The position numbers were made by a program, and so were the translations under genes. From an uncultured Eubacteriales bacterium (GTDB lineage: Bacteria > Bacillota > Clostridia > Oscillospirales > CAG-272), in contig CAJJIY010000005.1 of assembly GCA_905187695.1 (NCBI GenBank), forward strand, positions 8,546 to 72,545: a DNA stretch of 64,000 nucleotides, written 5' to 3'. This document shows, piece by piece, positions 25,499 through 33,570 of this stretch. The number at the start of each line of letters is the position of its first letter. The first letter of the stretch is position 1. Below the pieces are notes generated by a model. That model had not been told where the DNA came from. It did not search any database and was given only the letters and a program-made list of their open reading frames with translations.

Positions 25499-25527
25499 GT
25501 TTTACCAAAACCATTCAGAAAAGTCAA
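25499..25527 (-). promoter_or_regulatory. Candidate extended -10 promoter of the island operon
   Basis: Read on the minus strand: TTGACT (25527-25522), a 17-nt spacer and TAAAAC (25504-25499), with TG two nt upstream of the -10. Confidence 0.45.
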
Positions 25528-25663
25528 CCTACTTGTAATATACACGAAAAGTGGGGAAGTGATTTGCAAAATTAAAAACTCTACGCTCAGTAGAATCATA
25601 CGGCATTTCTCATTAAAAGTCAATACAAACATGATGTTATAGGATTTCATCCTTTTCTCTACC

Positions 25664-25906
25664 ATGCGTGGTTTCCTGTTCTATCCCGAATTTATGCCGT
25701 TTGCATTTTCGGAACGGTCGGGATTGCTTGCGTTGTCTTTCGGGCATTTGCAACGGAAGTATTATTACGCTTCCTCTCTTTGCTATCTGGACGGTTCGCT
25801 GTATTTCCTCAACGGCTATTACTTCGGCGGCATCACCAATGTACTTGGCGACGCGCACACCTATCGTCTCGACCTTTCTACCGGCACGCTTACAAAGCTG
25901 GACTAA
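25664..25906 (+). pseudogene. Probable C-terminal remnant of a beta-propeller (DUF5050-like) protein
   Basis: The 80-aa ORF contains YYYASSLCYLDGSLYFLNGYYFGG...YRLDLSTGTLTKL, a blade-like repeat. It keeps its own terminator, but its 5' part is replaced by the AT-rich island. Confidence 0.35.
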
Positions 25907-25912
25907 AATCCG

Positions 25913-25950
25913 GAAGGAAACCGACATTTGTCGGTTTCCTTCTCTTTTTT
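25913..25950 (+). terminator. Rho-independent terminator
   Basis: GAAGGAAACCGA (25913-25924) pairs with TCGGTTTCCTTC (25931-25942), followed by TCTTTTTT. Confidence 0.8.
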
Positions 25951-25961
25951 GGCTTTTCCAC

Positions 25962-25990
25962 TTGTAAAACGGGACAAAATGTGCTATGAT
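25962..25990 (+). promoter_or_regulatory. Extended -10 sigma-A-type promoter
   Basis: TTGTAA (25962-25967), a 17-nt spacer and TATGAT (25985-25990), preceded by TGC. Confidence 0.6.
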
Positions 25991-26042
25991 ATAAGACAAA
26001 TATGGATCGTAAAGACAATGCGGTCAGAAAGGGGGGAGCGCC

Positions 26043-26876
26043 ATGTCGCTTCGGGTGTCTCGGGCAGAGCGTCGCGTTTTCCGGGGGGCGGCAAAAGAGC
26101 TCTTCTGTAAAGCACAACAGGTGCTTGGCCGTCCGGGCGTGCTCACGCGGATGTTGCTTTCTTTTCTCCTTGTGCTTGCGGCGGGCGGCGTCTTTCTCCT
26201 TTTCTCCGCCTTGTTCGGGGCCTTTTTCGGTGCGCTTCCGGGAATTTCTCCGGGTGCGCAAAAAATACTTTCTTACCTTTCGAACGGCATTTTCCTGGCG
26301 CTTTGCTTCTTCCTTTTGCTGCCGCTTTTCTGGGGGCGAATGCGCATGGCGGCGCAGTGCCTTCTGGGTGAACTGCCACCTGTGACTTCGGTTTTTTATG
26401 CCTTTACCTCCGGTCGGCGCTATCTTCGTGCATTGCAGGCCTCGGTTTGCGCGCTTCTTTTCCTTGGCGTACCGGTGGGCATCACTGCGGCGCTCTTGTT
26501 TGTCCCGCCGCGCGTTTTTGCGGCTCTCTCCGCTTCTATGTCGATGGGCGTTTCGGTTGCGATTACGGTGTTTTCATGGGTGCTTGTGGTGCTGATCGGC
26601 CTGACGCTTTTGTTGCTTTCTTTTTTGCTCCTGCCGTTTTTACCGTGGCTCTTTGCCTATGAAAGGCGGCCGGTCCGGTTGCTTTTTGCCGACTACCTGA
26701 AACGCGTGTCCCCCCTTTCGGTTGGGATTTTTTATCACGCAGAGGGGCTTTTGTGGCGCGTGCTTTTGTCGCTTTTAGGCGTCGGTGTGCCGGGGCTTCT
26801 TTACTTTTTCCACCTCAATCTTTTGTCTTTTCTGTGCCTTTCGTTGGCACTTACCCCGAAGGAGGATCTCACATGA
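26043..26876 (+). CDS. Polytopic membrane protein of unknown function, translationally coupled to metG
   Basis: The RBS AAAGGGGGGAG precedes the start. Several long hydrophobic segments are present. The stop overlaps the metG start in ATGA at 26873-26876. Confidence 0.65.
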   Translation: MSLRVSRAERRVFRGAAKELFCKAQQVLGRPGVLTRMLLSFLLVLAAGGVFLLFSALFGAFFGALPGISPGAQKILSYLSNGIFLALCFFLLLPLFWGRMRMAAQCLLGELPPVTSVFYAFTSGRRYLRALQASVCALLFLGVPVGITAALLFVPPRVFAALSASMSMGVSVAITVFSWVLVVLIGLTLLLLSFLLLPFLPWLFAYERRPVRLLFADYLKRVSPLSVGIFYHAEGLLWRVLLSLLGVGVPGLLYFFHLNLLSFLCLSLALTPKEDLT

Positions 26877-28855
26877 AAGAAAAATATTACCTGACAACAG
26901 CCATTGCTTACGCCTCCCGCAAACCGCATTTCGGCAACACCTACGAGATCATTATGTCGGACGCGGTGGCCCGTTACAAGCGGATGCGCGGCTATGATGT
27001 CTATTTCTGCACCGGCACGGACGAGCACGGTCAGAAAATCGAGGCGCTGGCCAAGGAAGCCGGCGTGACGCCCAAGGCCTATGTGGACGGGGTGGCCGGT
27101 GAGATTCGCGCCATCTGGGACAAGATGAATGCCAGCTATGACTATTTTATCCGTACCACCGACGAAAATCATGTGACCGCCGTGCAGAAGATTTTCCGCA
27201 AATTTTATGAAAAAGGCGATATTTACAAGGGCCAGTATGAGGGCTGGTACTGCACCCCTTGCGAGTCCTTTTTTACCGCTTCTCAGGCGGTGGACGGCAA
27301 GTGCCCGGATTGCGGCCGGCCGCTTGCGAAAGCCAAGGAAGAGGCCTATTTCTTCCGGATGAGCCGCTACGCCGGGGAACTGACCGGATATATTGAAAGC
27401 CATCCCGATTTCATTAAGCCGGAATCCCGCAAACGCGAAATGCTCAATAACTTTCTGAAGACCGAGGGCGGTCTCCAGGATCTTTGCGTGTCCCGCACTT
27501 CTTTTTCGTGGGGCATCCCGGTGGATTTTGACCCCAAACATGTGGTCTATGTGTGGTTGGATGCGCTGGTGAACTATATCACGGCGCTCGGCTACGATCC
27601 GGACAAGTCCTTTGAGGAGCAGTCGGAACACTTTAAAAAATACTGGCCCTGCGATGTGCATATCATCGGCAAGGATATTCTGCGTTTCCACACCATCTAC
27701 TGGCCGATTTTCCTCACCGCGCTGGGGCTTCCGCTTCCGCGTCTGGTTTTCGGTCACCCGTGGTTCAACGCCGCCGAGGAAAAGAAAAACGGCGACGGCG
27801 CGGAGGTGAAAATGTCCAAGTCCCGTGGCAATGTCATTTATGCCGATGAACTGGCCCAGACTTTCGGCGTGGACGGCGTCCGTTATTTTGCCCTTTCCGA
27901 AATGCCTTACGATAGCGACGGCCGTATTTGCTATACCAATGTGCTCACACGCTATAATACCGATCTGGCCAATAATCTCGGAAACCTTGTCAGCCGTACC
28001 CATGCCATGACGGTAAAATATTTCGGCGGCGTTGTTCCGGTTCCCGCGGCCGAGGAAGGGCCGGATGGGGAACTGAAGGCGGCCGTGCGCAACTGTGTAG
28101 AGAAATATACCGCGCTGATGGACGGGTTCCGCCTGGCCGATGCGGCAGACGAGATCTTTTCTCTTTTGCGCCGCGCCAACAAATATATTGACGAAACGAT
28201 GCCCTGGGCGCTGGCCAAGGACGAAAGCCGGCGCGAACGGCTCGGCAGTGTGCTCTACAATCTGCTGGAAACCATCCGCACAGCGGCCGTTTTGCTGACG
28301 CCGTTTATTCCCGAAACGGCCGGAAAAATCTTTGCTCAGTTGAATACCGACCTGTCCGCTTTTGAAACGGTTTCGGCTTTCGGCGCCTACCGTCCCGGTA
28401 CGGTGTTGGGTGCGGCCGCGCCGCTCTTTGCCCGTGTGGACGAAAAGGTGGTGGCCGAAATTATCAAGGCGCGGGAAGAAGCCGCCGCCAAGGCCGAAAA
28501 GGCCGCGGCCATACCGGAAAAACCGGAGGGCTGTGCGGTGATTGGCATAGATGATTTTATGAAGGTGGAACTGCGCAGCGCCAAGGTGCTTGCCTGCGAG
28601 AAGGTGCCGAAAGCCAAAAAACTCTTAAAGCTGCAACTGGATCTCGGTTATGAACAGCGGCAGGTCGTTTCGGGCATTGCCGGATTTTACGAACCGGAGG
28701 CGCTTATCGGAAAGAAGGTCATTGTGGTGGCCAATCTGGCGCCTGCCACGCTGTGCGGCATCGAGTCAAACGGCATGATTCTGGCGGCCGGCGAGAAGCA
28801 GATCCGCGTGGTCTTTCTGGATCCGGAAACGCCGCTGGGCGAGCGTATCCGCTGA
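26873..28855 (+). CDS. metG: Methionine--tRNA ligase with a C-terminal tRNA-binding (Trbp111/EMAP-like) domain
   Basis: ATG 26873 follows GGAGGA. MetRS blocks are present: TGTDEHGQKIE, the CPDCG zinc knuckle and KMSKSRGN. The C-terminus reads VELRSAKVLACEKVPKAKKLLKLQLDLG...SNGMILAA. Confidence 0.95.
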   Translation: MKEKYYLTTAIAYASRKPHFGNTYEIIMSDAVARYKRMRGYDVYFCTGTDEHGQKIEALAKEAGVTPKAYVDGVAGEIRAIWDKMNASYDYFIRTTDENHVTAVQKIFRKFYEKGDIYKGQYEGWYCTPCESFFTASQAVDGKCPDCGRPLAKAKEEAYFFRMSRYAGELTGYIESHPDFIKPESRKREMLNNFLKTEGGLQDLCVSRTSFSWGIPVDFDPKHVVYVWLDALVNYITALGYDPDKSFEEQSEHFKKYWPCDVHIIGKDILRFHTIYWPIFLTALGLPLPRLVFGHPWFNAAEEKKNGDGAEVKMSKSRGNVIYADELAQTFGVDGVRYFALSEMPYDSDGRICYTNVLTRYNTDLANNLGNLVSRTHAMTVKYFGGVVPVPAAEEGPDGELKAAVRNCVEKYTALMDGFRLADAADEIFSLLRRANKYIDETMPWALAKDESRRERLGSVLYNLLETIRTAAVLLTPFIPETAGKIFAQLNTDLSAFETVSAFGAYRPGTVLGAAAPLFARVDEKVVAEIIKAREEAAAKAEKAAAIPEKPEGCAVIGIDDFMKVELRSAKVLACEKVPKAKKLLKLQLDLGYEQRQVVSGIAGFYEPEALIGKKVIVVANLAPATLCGIESNGMILAAGEKQIRVVFLDPETPLGERIR

Positions 28856-28863
28856 TTTTACCG

Positions 28864-28896
28864 GGGTTGCCGCGTGTCCGCGTGGCAACCCTTTTA
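28864..28896 (+). terminator. Terminator after metG
   Basis: GGGTTGCCGCG pairs with CGCG(TG)GCAACCC (a bulged stem), followed by TTTTAT. Confidence 0.7.
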
Positions 28897-28917
28897 TCCA
28901 AAAAACAAGGAGAAAGC

Positions 28918-29901
28918 ATGAAAATCACAGTCATCGGGTGCGGCCGGTGGGGGTCGCTCATTACATGGTATCTGGCCGGAAAGGGGCATGAGGTCACACT
29001 GTACGGCCGGGAGACCTCGGCGCATATGCAACAGTTTCTTGCCACCCGGCAAAACGATCTGCTCACCCTGCCGGACTCTGTGTGCCTTTCGACCGATCTC
29101 ACAAAAGCTTTGGAAGGCGCCAAAACCGTTATTTTGTCCGTGCCTTCCCAAAGCCTTCGCGCCCTTTTGAAAGAAGCCCCGCTTCGTGCGCTGAAAAACC
29201 CTTCCTTTGTTCTTTGTATGAAAGGGCTGGAGATCGAGAGCGGCAAGCGTCTTTCCGAGGTGGTGCACGAAGAACTGCCCGAAGGCCGCGTGGCGGTCTG
29301 GCTGGGGCCGGGTCATGTGCAGGAATTTTATGCAGGCATTCCGAACTGCATGGTGATTGACAGTGCCGACAAAGCCTTTCAGCGGGAGCTGATTTCGGCT
29401 TTTTCCGGCGATCTCATCCGTTTTTACTACGGGCAGGACCTGCTTGGCAATGAGATCGGCGCGGCGCTCAAAAATGTCATCGGGATTGCCGCCGGTTTTC
29501 TGGATGGGCTGTCACTGACCACGCTGAAAGGCCCGCTGATGAGCCGGGGGACCGCAGAGGTGGCGCGTCTGATCAAAGCCATGGGCGGCGATCCGCTCTC
29601 TGCCTATGGCCTTTGCCATCTGGGGGACTATGAAGCTACCGTTTTTTCGCCCTATTCGCACAACCGTACTTTCGGCGAAAACTACATAAAGGGCATCCCC
29701 TATACCGCGCTGGCAGAAGGATATTACACCGTCAGAGCCCTGCGCGTGCTGGAAATTCAATATCATATGGAGATGCCGATTTGCGATTCGGTTTACCGGG
29801 TACTTTATGAAAACGCCGTGCCGCGGGAGGAGATCGATCGGCTGTTCGGCCGTTCGCTCAAGCCGGAGTTTTACGACCGCATCCGGGAGGAAAAGGCATG
29901 A
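28918..29901 (+). CDS. gpsA: NAD(P)H-dependent glycerol-3-phosphate dehydrogenase
   Basis: ATG 28918 follows AAGGAGAAA. The Rossmann start MKITVIGCGRWGS is present, and the family-like sequence runs to the C-terminus. Confidence 0.85.
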   Translation: MKITVIGCGRWGSLITWYLAGKGHEVTLYGRETSAHMQQFLATRQNDLLTLPDSVCLSTDLTKALEGAKTVILSVPSQSLRALLKEAPLRALKNPSFVLCMKGLEIESGKRLSEVVHEELPEGRVAVWLGPGHVQEFYAGIPNCMVIDSADKAFQRELISAFSGDLIRFYYGQDLLGNEIGAALKNVIGIAAGFLDGLSLTTLKGPLMSRGTAEVARLIKAMGGDPLSAYGLCHLGDYEATVFSPYSHNRTFGENYIKGIPYTALAEGYYTVRALRVLEIQYHMEMPICDSVYRVLYENAVPREEIDRLFGRSLKPEFYDRIREEKA

Positions 29902-30701
29902 CGGGCATTTTCGATTCGCACGCGCATTACTATGACGCGCGTTTTGAGGAATTGCCGGGCGGCGCAGACGCGCTTCTTGCCGGATTGCCGGGGGAGGGCG
30001 TTTCCCGGATCTTAAATGTCGCCACCTCGCCCGAAAACACAGCGGCGGTACTTGCGCAGGCCGCGCGTTGGCCGTTTCTGTATGCCGCCGTCGGCATTCA
30101 TCCGACGGATGGTCAGGCGCTTGCCGACCCCGCCGCGGCCATCGGGGGACTGGACGCGCTTTTAAGGGACAAAAAGGGCAGGCAGGAACAAAAAATCGTG
30201 GCGCTGGGCGAAATCGGTCTGGACTATCACTATCCCGATACCGACCGTGAAAAGCAGGCTCTTTTTTTTGAGGCGCAACTGGCCCTTGCCGGGGAACTGG
30301 CCCTGCCGGTGATCATTCATGACCGGGAAGCGCACGGCGATACCTTTGCGGCTGTGTGCCGCCATCCCGGCGTACAGGGCGTTTTCCACAGCTACAGCGG
30401 CAGTGCCGAGATGGCGCGGGATCTGATTCGCCGTGGCTGGTATCTTTCTTTTTCCGGGGTCGTTACCTATAAAAACGCGCGCCATGTGCGCGAAGCGGCC
30501 GCTCTTACCCCGCCCGACCGCATCCTGGTGGAAACGGATTGTCCCTATCTTCCGCCGGTGCCGCACCGCGGGGAGATCAATCATTCGGGCTATCTGTCCT
30601 GTACGCTCGCCGTACTTGCCGAAGTTTGCGGATGCACGACGGAAGAGATGGCGCGGCGCACCGCTCAAAACGCTTCCCGCCTTTTCGGGGTCGCACTCTG
30701 A
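29898..30701 (+). CDS. tatD: TatD-family metal-dependent hydrolase (DNase)
   Basis: The start overlaps gpsA in ATGA. TatD motifs are present: FDSHAHY, GEIGLDYHY, IIHDREAH, VFHSYSG and ETDCPYL. Confidence 0.9.
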   Translation: MTGIFDSHAHYYDARFEELPGGADALLAGLPGEGVSRILNVATSPENTAAVLAQAARWPFLYAAVGIHPTDGQALADPAAAIGGLDALLRDKKGRQEQKIVALGEIGLDYHYPDTDREKQALFFEAQLALAGELALPVIIHDREAHGDTFAAVCRHPGVQGVFHSYSGSAEMARDLIRRGWYLSFSGVVTYKNARHVREAAALTPPDRILVETDCPYLPPVPHRGEINHSGYLSCTLAVLAEVCGCTTEEMARRTAQNASRLFGVAL

Positions 30702-30733
30702 ACGGAGAATTGCTCTCTTTCGGGGCGCGTGTC

Positions 30734-30777
30734 AATTGCCTGTCCGGCACTTTTGAGGTGCCAGGCAGGCAATTTTT
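30734..30777 (+). terminator. Long imperfect hairpin terminator
   Basis: AATTGCCTG (30734-30742) pairs with CAGGCAATT (30766-30774), with an inner GGCAC/GTGCC pair, followed by T5. Confidence 0.75.
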
Positions 30778-30844
30778 GTGCAATTTATCCAAAAGTAACC
30801 GGGTTGTTTCTCCGTTTTGCCGTTCAGAATTTCCAATAATCATC

Positions 30845-30873
30845 TTGAAAAGTGAACAAACATAGGATATAAT
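30845..30873 (+). promoter_or_regulatory. Sigma-A-type promoter for the EF-G paralog
   Basis: TTGAAA (30845-30850), a 17-nt spacer and TATAAT (30868-30873). Confidence 0.65.
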
Positions 30874-30966
30874 AAAAACAGGATGCCGAAAGCCCGCGGG
30901 TCTGCCCGCCTGGATGCTGGCAGGCAAACCGTTTAACACGCCAAGGGCGACAAAGGAGGAAATTCT

Positions 30967-33009
30967 ATGGCTGCATTCGACACAAAAGCAATTCGGAACC
31001 TGGCATTGCTGGGACACGGCTCTTGCGGGAAGACCTCGCTGACCGAAGCAATGCTTTACCTGAGCGGACGAACCGACCGCGTGGGAAAGATCGCGGACGG
31101 AAACACGGTTTGCGATTTTGACCCGGAAGAACAGAAGCGCGGCTTTTCTATTTCCGCCTCGCTGGCTTCGCTTGTTTATAAAGATATTAAAATCAACATT
31201 CTGGATACGCCGGGTTATCCCGATTTTGAGGGCGAGGTCCGTCAGGCGCTCCGTGTGGCGGGCAGTGCCGTCATTGTGGTGGACGGTAAGAGCGGCATTG
31301 AGGTCGGCACGGAACTGGCTTTTGACGCCGCCACAGAGGCCGGCGTACCGAAAGTATTTTTTATCAATAAGTGCGACGATCCAGACTATGATTTTACCAA
31401 GTCTTTTGCCGAGCTGCGCGAGCGTTTCGGCAACGATATCTGCCCGGTTTTCATTCCGTATCGGAAAGGGAACGACACCGCCATGATCGACCTGGTGGAT
31501 ATGAAGGCGTATTCCTATGCGCAAAACGGCCGACGCAGCGAGATTCCCATGGACGCGGAGATGAGTGCGCTGGCGGCACACTATAAGGATAATTTCAATG
31601 AGGCCATTGCCACCACGGATGAGGCGCTCATGGAAAAATATTTTGCCGGCGAAGAGATCACCCGCGAGGAAGCGGCGCTGGCATTGCATGAGGGTATTAT
31701 TGCCGGCAGTATCAAGCCGGTCTACTGTGGCTCTGCCGTCAAAATGTGGGGCGTAATCGCCATGCTGGACGCAGTGGCCGAATCCTTCCCGCGCTTTACC
31801 GCCAAGAAAGAAGAAACGCTGGAAGACGGCGGAAAAATCAAAATCGATCCGGCCGGCGAAACCGCGCTCTTCATTTTCAAGACCGTGGCCGACCCGTTTG
31901 TGGGTCAGATGTCCTATTTCAAGGTCATGAGCGGTACTTTGCGTCGGGATATGACGCTGAAGAACAGCCGCGGCGGTAGTGAAAAAATGGCGCATTTTTA
32001 CACTATGGTGGGCAAAAAACAGGAAGAGGCCGAAGAATTTGCCTGCGGCGACATCGGCATGATCGCCAAACTTTCCGCCGCCAAAACCAATGATACGCTC
32101 TCGGAATCCGGCACACTCACTTACCGGAAGATCCGTTATCCCGTGCCCTATATGACACAGGTCATTCTGCCGCAGAGCGCGGCGGACGAAAGCAAGATGT
32201 CTCAGAGTATTTCCCGGATGCTGGATGAGGATCTGACGCTCCGCTATGAAAATGACGCGGAAACTTCTCAGATGCTCATTTCGGGTCTGGGCGATACGCA
32301 CCTGTCCGTGCTGGCCGCGCGCCTCAAGACCCGTTTCGGCGTCAATATCAAACTGGCCGTACCGCGCATTGCCTATCGGGAGCGCATTACCAAACGGGTG
32401 GATGTGCAGGGCAAACACAAAAAGCAAAACGGCGGTTCGGGACAGTACGGAGATGTGCGCATCCGGTTTGCGCCCGGCACCGAGGAAGGGCTGACTTTCA
32501 AGGTTTCCGTGGTCGGCGGCACAGTTCCCAAGGAATATTTCCCGGCTGTGGAAGAAGGCCTTCGCAAAGCCATGACCAAGGGCAAGTACGGATACCCCAT
32601 GGTACAGCTGGAAGCGGATCTTTACGATGGTTCTTACCATGATGTGGATTCGGACAGCCGCTCCTTTGAGACGGCGGCGCAACTGGCCTACAAACTTTGT
32701 CTGGAGCAGGCCGCGCCGGTGTTGCTGGAGCCGGTCGGAGAACTGAACATCACGGTTCCGGAAAGTCTGGTGGGCACCGTCATGGGCGATCTTAACAAAC
32801 GACGGGGGAGCGTGATGGGTATGGATTCCGCCGCGCGCAAGGGTTATACCACCGTACACGCCATGGCGCCCAAGGCCGAACTGCTGGATTATCCCATTGT
32901 TCTGCGCGCGATGACCAAAGGGCTGGGCGTTTTCGATTTCAGCGTGACCGGTTACGAAGTTGTACCCGCCAATTTGGTCCCGAAAATCACAAGTGAGCAA
33001 AAAAATTAA
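30967..33009 (+). CDS. Elongation factor G family GTPase (EF-G paralog)
   Basis: The RBS AAAGGAGGAA precedes the start. G motifs are present (GHGSCGKTS, DTPGYPDF, NKCD), and EF-G domains II-V are recognisable (GDIGMIAKL, HKKQNGGSGQYGDV, DGSYHDVDS). Confidence 0.9.
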   Translation: MAAFDTKAIRNLALLGHGSCGKTSLTEAMLYLSGRTDRVGKIADGNTVCDFDPEEQKRGFSISASLASLVYKDIKINILDTPGYPDFEGEVRQALRVAGSAVIVVDGKSGIEVGTELAFDAATEAGVPKVFFINKCDDPDYDFTKSFAELRERFGNDICPVFIPYRKGNDTAMIDLVDMKAYSYAQNGRRSEIPMDAEMSALAAHYKDNFNEAIATTDEALMEKYFAGEEITREEAALALHEGIIAGSIKPVYCGSAVKMWGVIAMLDAVAESFPRFTAKKEETLEDGGKIKIDPAGETALFIFKTVADPFVGQMSYFKVMSGTLRRDMTLKNSRGGSEKMAHFYTMVGKKQEEAEEFACGDIGMIAKLSAAKTNDTLSESGTLTYRKIRYPVPYMTQVILPQSAADESKMSQSISRMLDEDLTLRYENDAETSQMLISGLGDTHLSVLAARLKTRFGVNIKLAVPRIAYRERITKRVDVQGKHKKQNGGSGQYGDVRIRFAPGTEEGLTFKVSVVGGTVPKEYFPAVEEGLRKAMTKGKYGYPMVQLEADLYDGSYHDVDSDSRSFETAAQLAYKLCLEQAAPVLLEPVGELNITVPESLVGTVMGDLNKRRGSVMGMDSAARKGYTTVHAMAPKAELLDYPIVLRAMTKGLGVFDFSVTGYEVVPANLVPKITSEQKN

Positions 33010-33038
33010 AAAAATTTTAAGAAAATGTGATTTTGGCG

Positions 33039-33067
33039 TTGACAAATTCACAGATTTGTATTATAAT
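33039..33067 (+). promoter_or_regulatory. Consensus sigma-A promoter for micro-ORF 33115..33288
   Basis: TTGACA (33039-33044), a 17-nt spacer and TATAAT (33062-33067); both hexamers are perfect. Confidence 0.7.
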
Positions 33068-33114
33068 CTATACGAACGGAAAACTAATTCCTGCATTTAA
33101 GGAGGCAACAAAAG

Positions 33115-33288
33115 ATGAAACATATTTATCTCGAGCCCCGTGCCAGTGTCCGTATGCTGTTGGCCATGGATATCATTGCCGCTTCCGGTGAGCCGACTCC
33201 CGGTGGCAATAAGCCGGATGATCCGGGCAAGGATCTGACACCCGAACCGCTGCCCGAAGACGACACTGCCGACGATACGCTGGACTGA
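33115..33288 (+). CDS. 57-aa micro-ORF peptide MKHIYLEPRASVRMLLAMDIIAASGEPTPGGNKPDDPGKDLTPEPLPEDDTADDTLD, function unknown
   Basis: It is below the track cutoff. AAGGAGG (33099-33105) lies 9 nt before ATG 33115. It has its own promoter and a downstream hairpin, and shares its core with micro-ORF 1598..1717. Confidence 0.55.
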   Translation: MKHIYLEPRASVRMLLAMDIIAASGEPTPGGNKPDDPGKDLTPEPLPEDDTADDTLD

Positions 33289-33300
33289 TTGGGGTAATTT

Positions 33301-33342
33301 CCGAGCCGCCGCTTGCGACGGCTCGGTCTCGCCTTATTTTTT
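33301..33342 (+). terminator. Hairpin plus distal T-run after the micro-ORF
   Basis: CCGAGCCG (33301-33308) pairs with CGGCTCGG (33319-33326). T6 lies about 10 nt downstream, which is not canonical spacing. Confidence 0.5.
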
Positions 33343-33421
33343 GGCCGGATTGCTTCCGGCTTTATTTTGTTTACAATTGCTTAAAAAGGCCGAAAAATTC
33401 CGGTTTTTTCTTTTTTGGCTC

Positions 33422-33450
33422 TTGACAACGATATTTTTTTGTGCTACCAT
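33422..33450 (+). promoter_or_regulatory. Extended -10 promoter for the ABC operon
   Basis: TTGACA (33422-33427), a 17-nt spacer and TACCAT (33445-33450), with TG at 33442-33443. Confidence 0.6.
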
Positions 33451-33491
33451 GTGCCTGTAAGGTGTTGACATTTTGTCAGCAATCCAAGGCG

Positions 33492-33514
33492 AACTGTCGG
33501 GCGGCAGTTTTTTT
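33492..33514 (+). promoter_or_regulatory. Terminator-like hairpin with T7 inside the ABC leader (possible attenuator)
   Basis: AACTGTC pairs with GGCAGTT in a 7-bp stem (one G-U pair) with a GGGC loop. It runs into TTTTTTT, 57 nt before ATG 33571. Confidence 0.4.
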
Positions 33515-33570
33515 AAAGGTCATGAGTTAGCATTGGCTAACTTTGAAGAGAAAAGAAAAGAGGAAGAAAA

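Larger units (their letters stand above)
23462..25663. other. AT-rich 2.2-kb island (probable horizontally acquired insertion or replacement) with a two-gene operon
   Basis: Hand counts of sample 60-nt lines give 21/60 (35%) and 24/60 (40%) G+C inside, against 34/60 (57%) in the flank at 22801-22860. The island is bounded by two gene remnants, and I recognised no integrase or transposase. Confidence 0.7.

Noticed and set aside
26900-26945. The MetRS HIGH-region reads KPHFGN instead of the canonical H-[IL]-G-H
   Set aside because: The rest of the enzyme, including KMSKS and the zinc knuckle, is intact. I believe related MetRS subtypes carry similar variants, and this cannot be judged without an alignment.
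30577-33051. 824-aa ORF antisense to the EF-G paralog
   Set aside because: It is a shadow ORF opposite a strongly conserved GTPase and has no independent coding signal.
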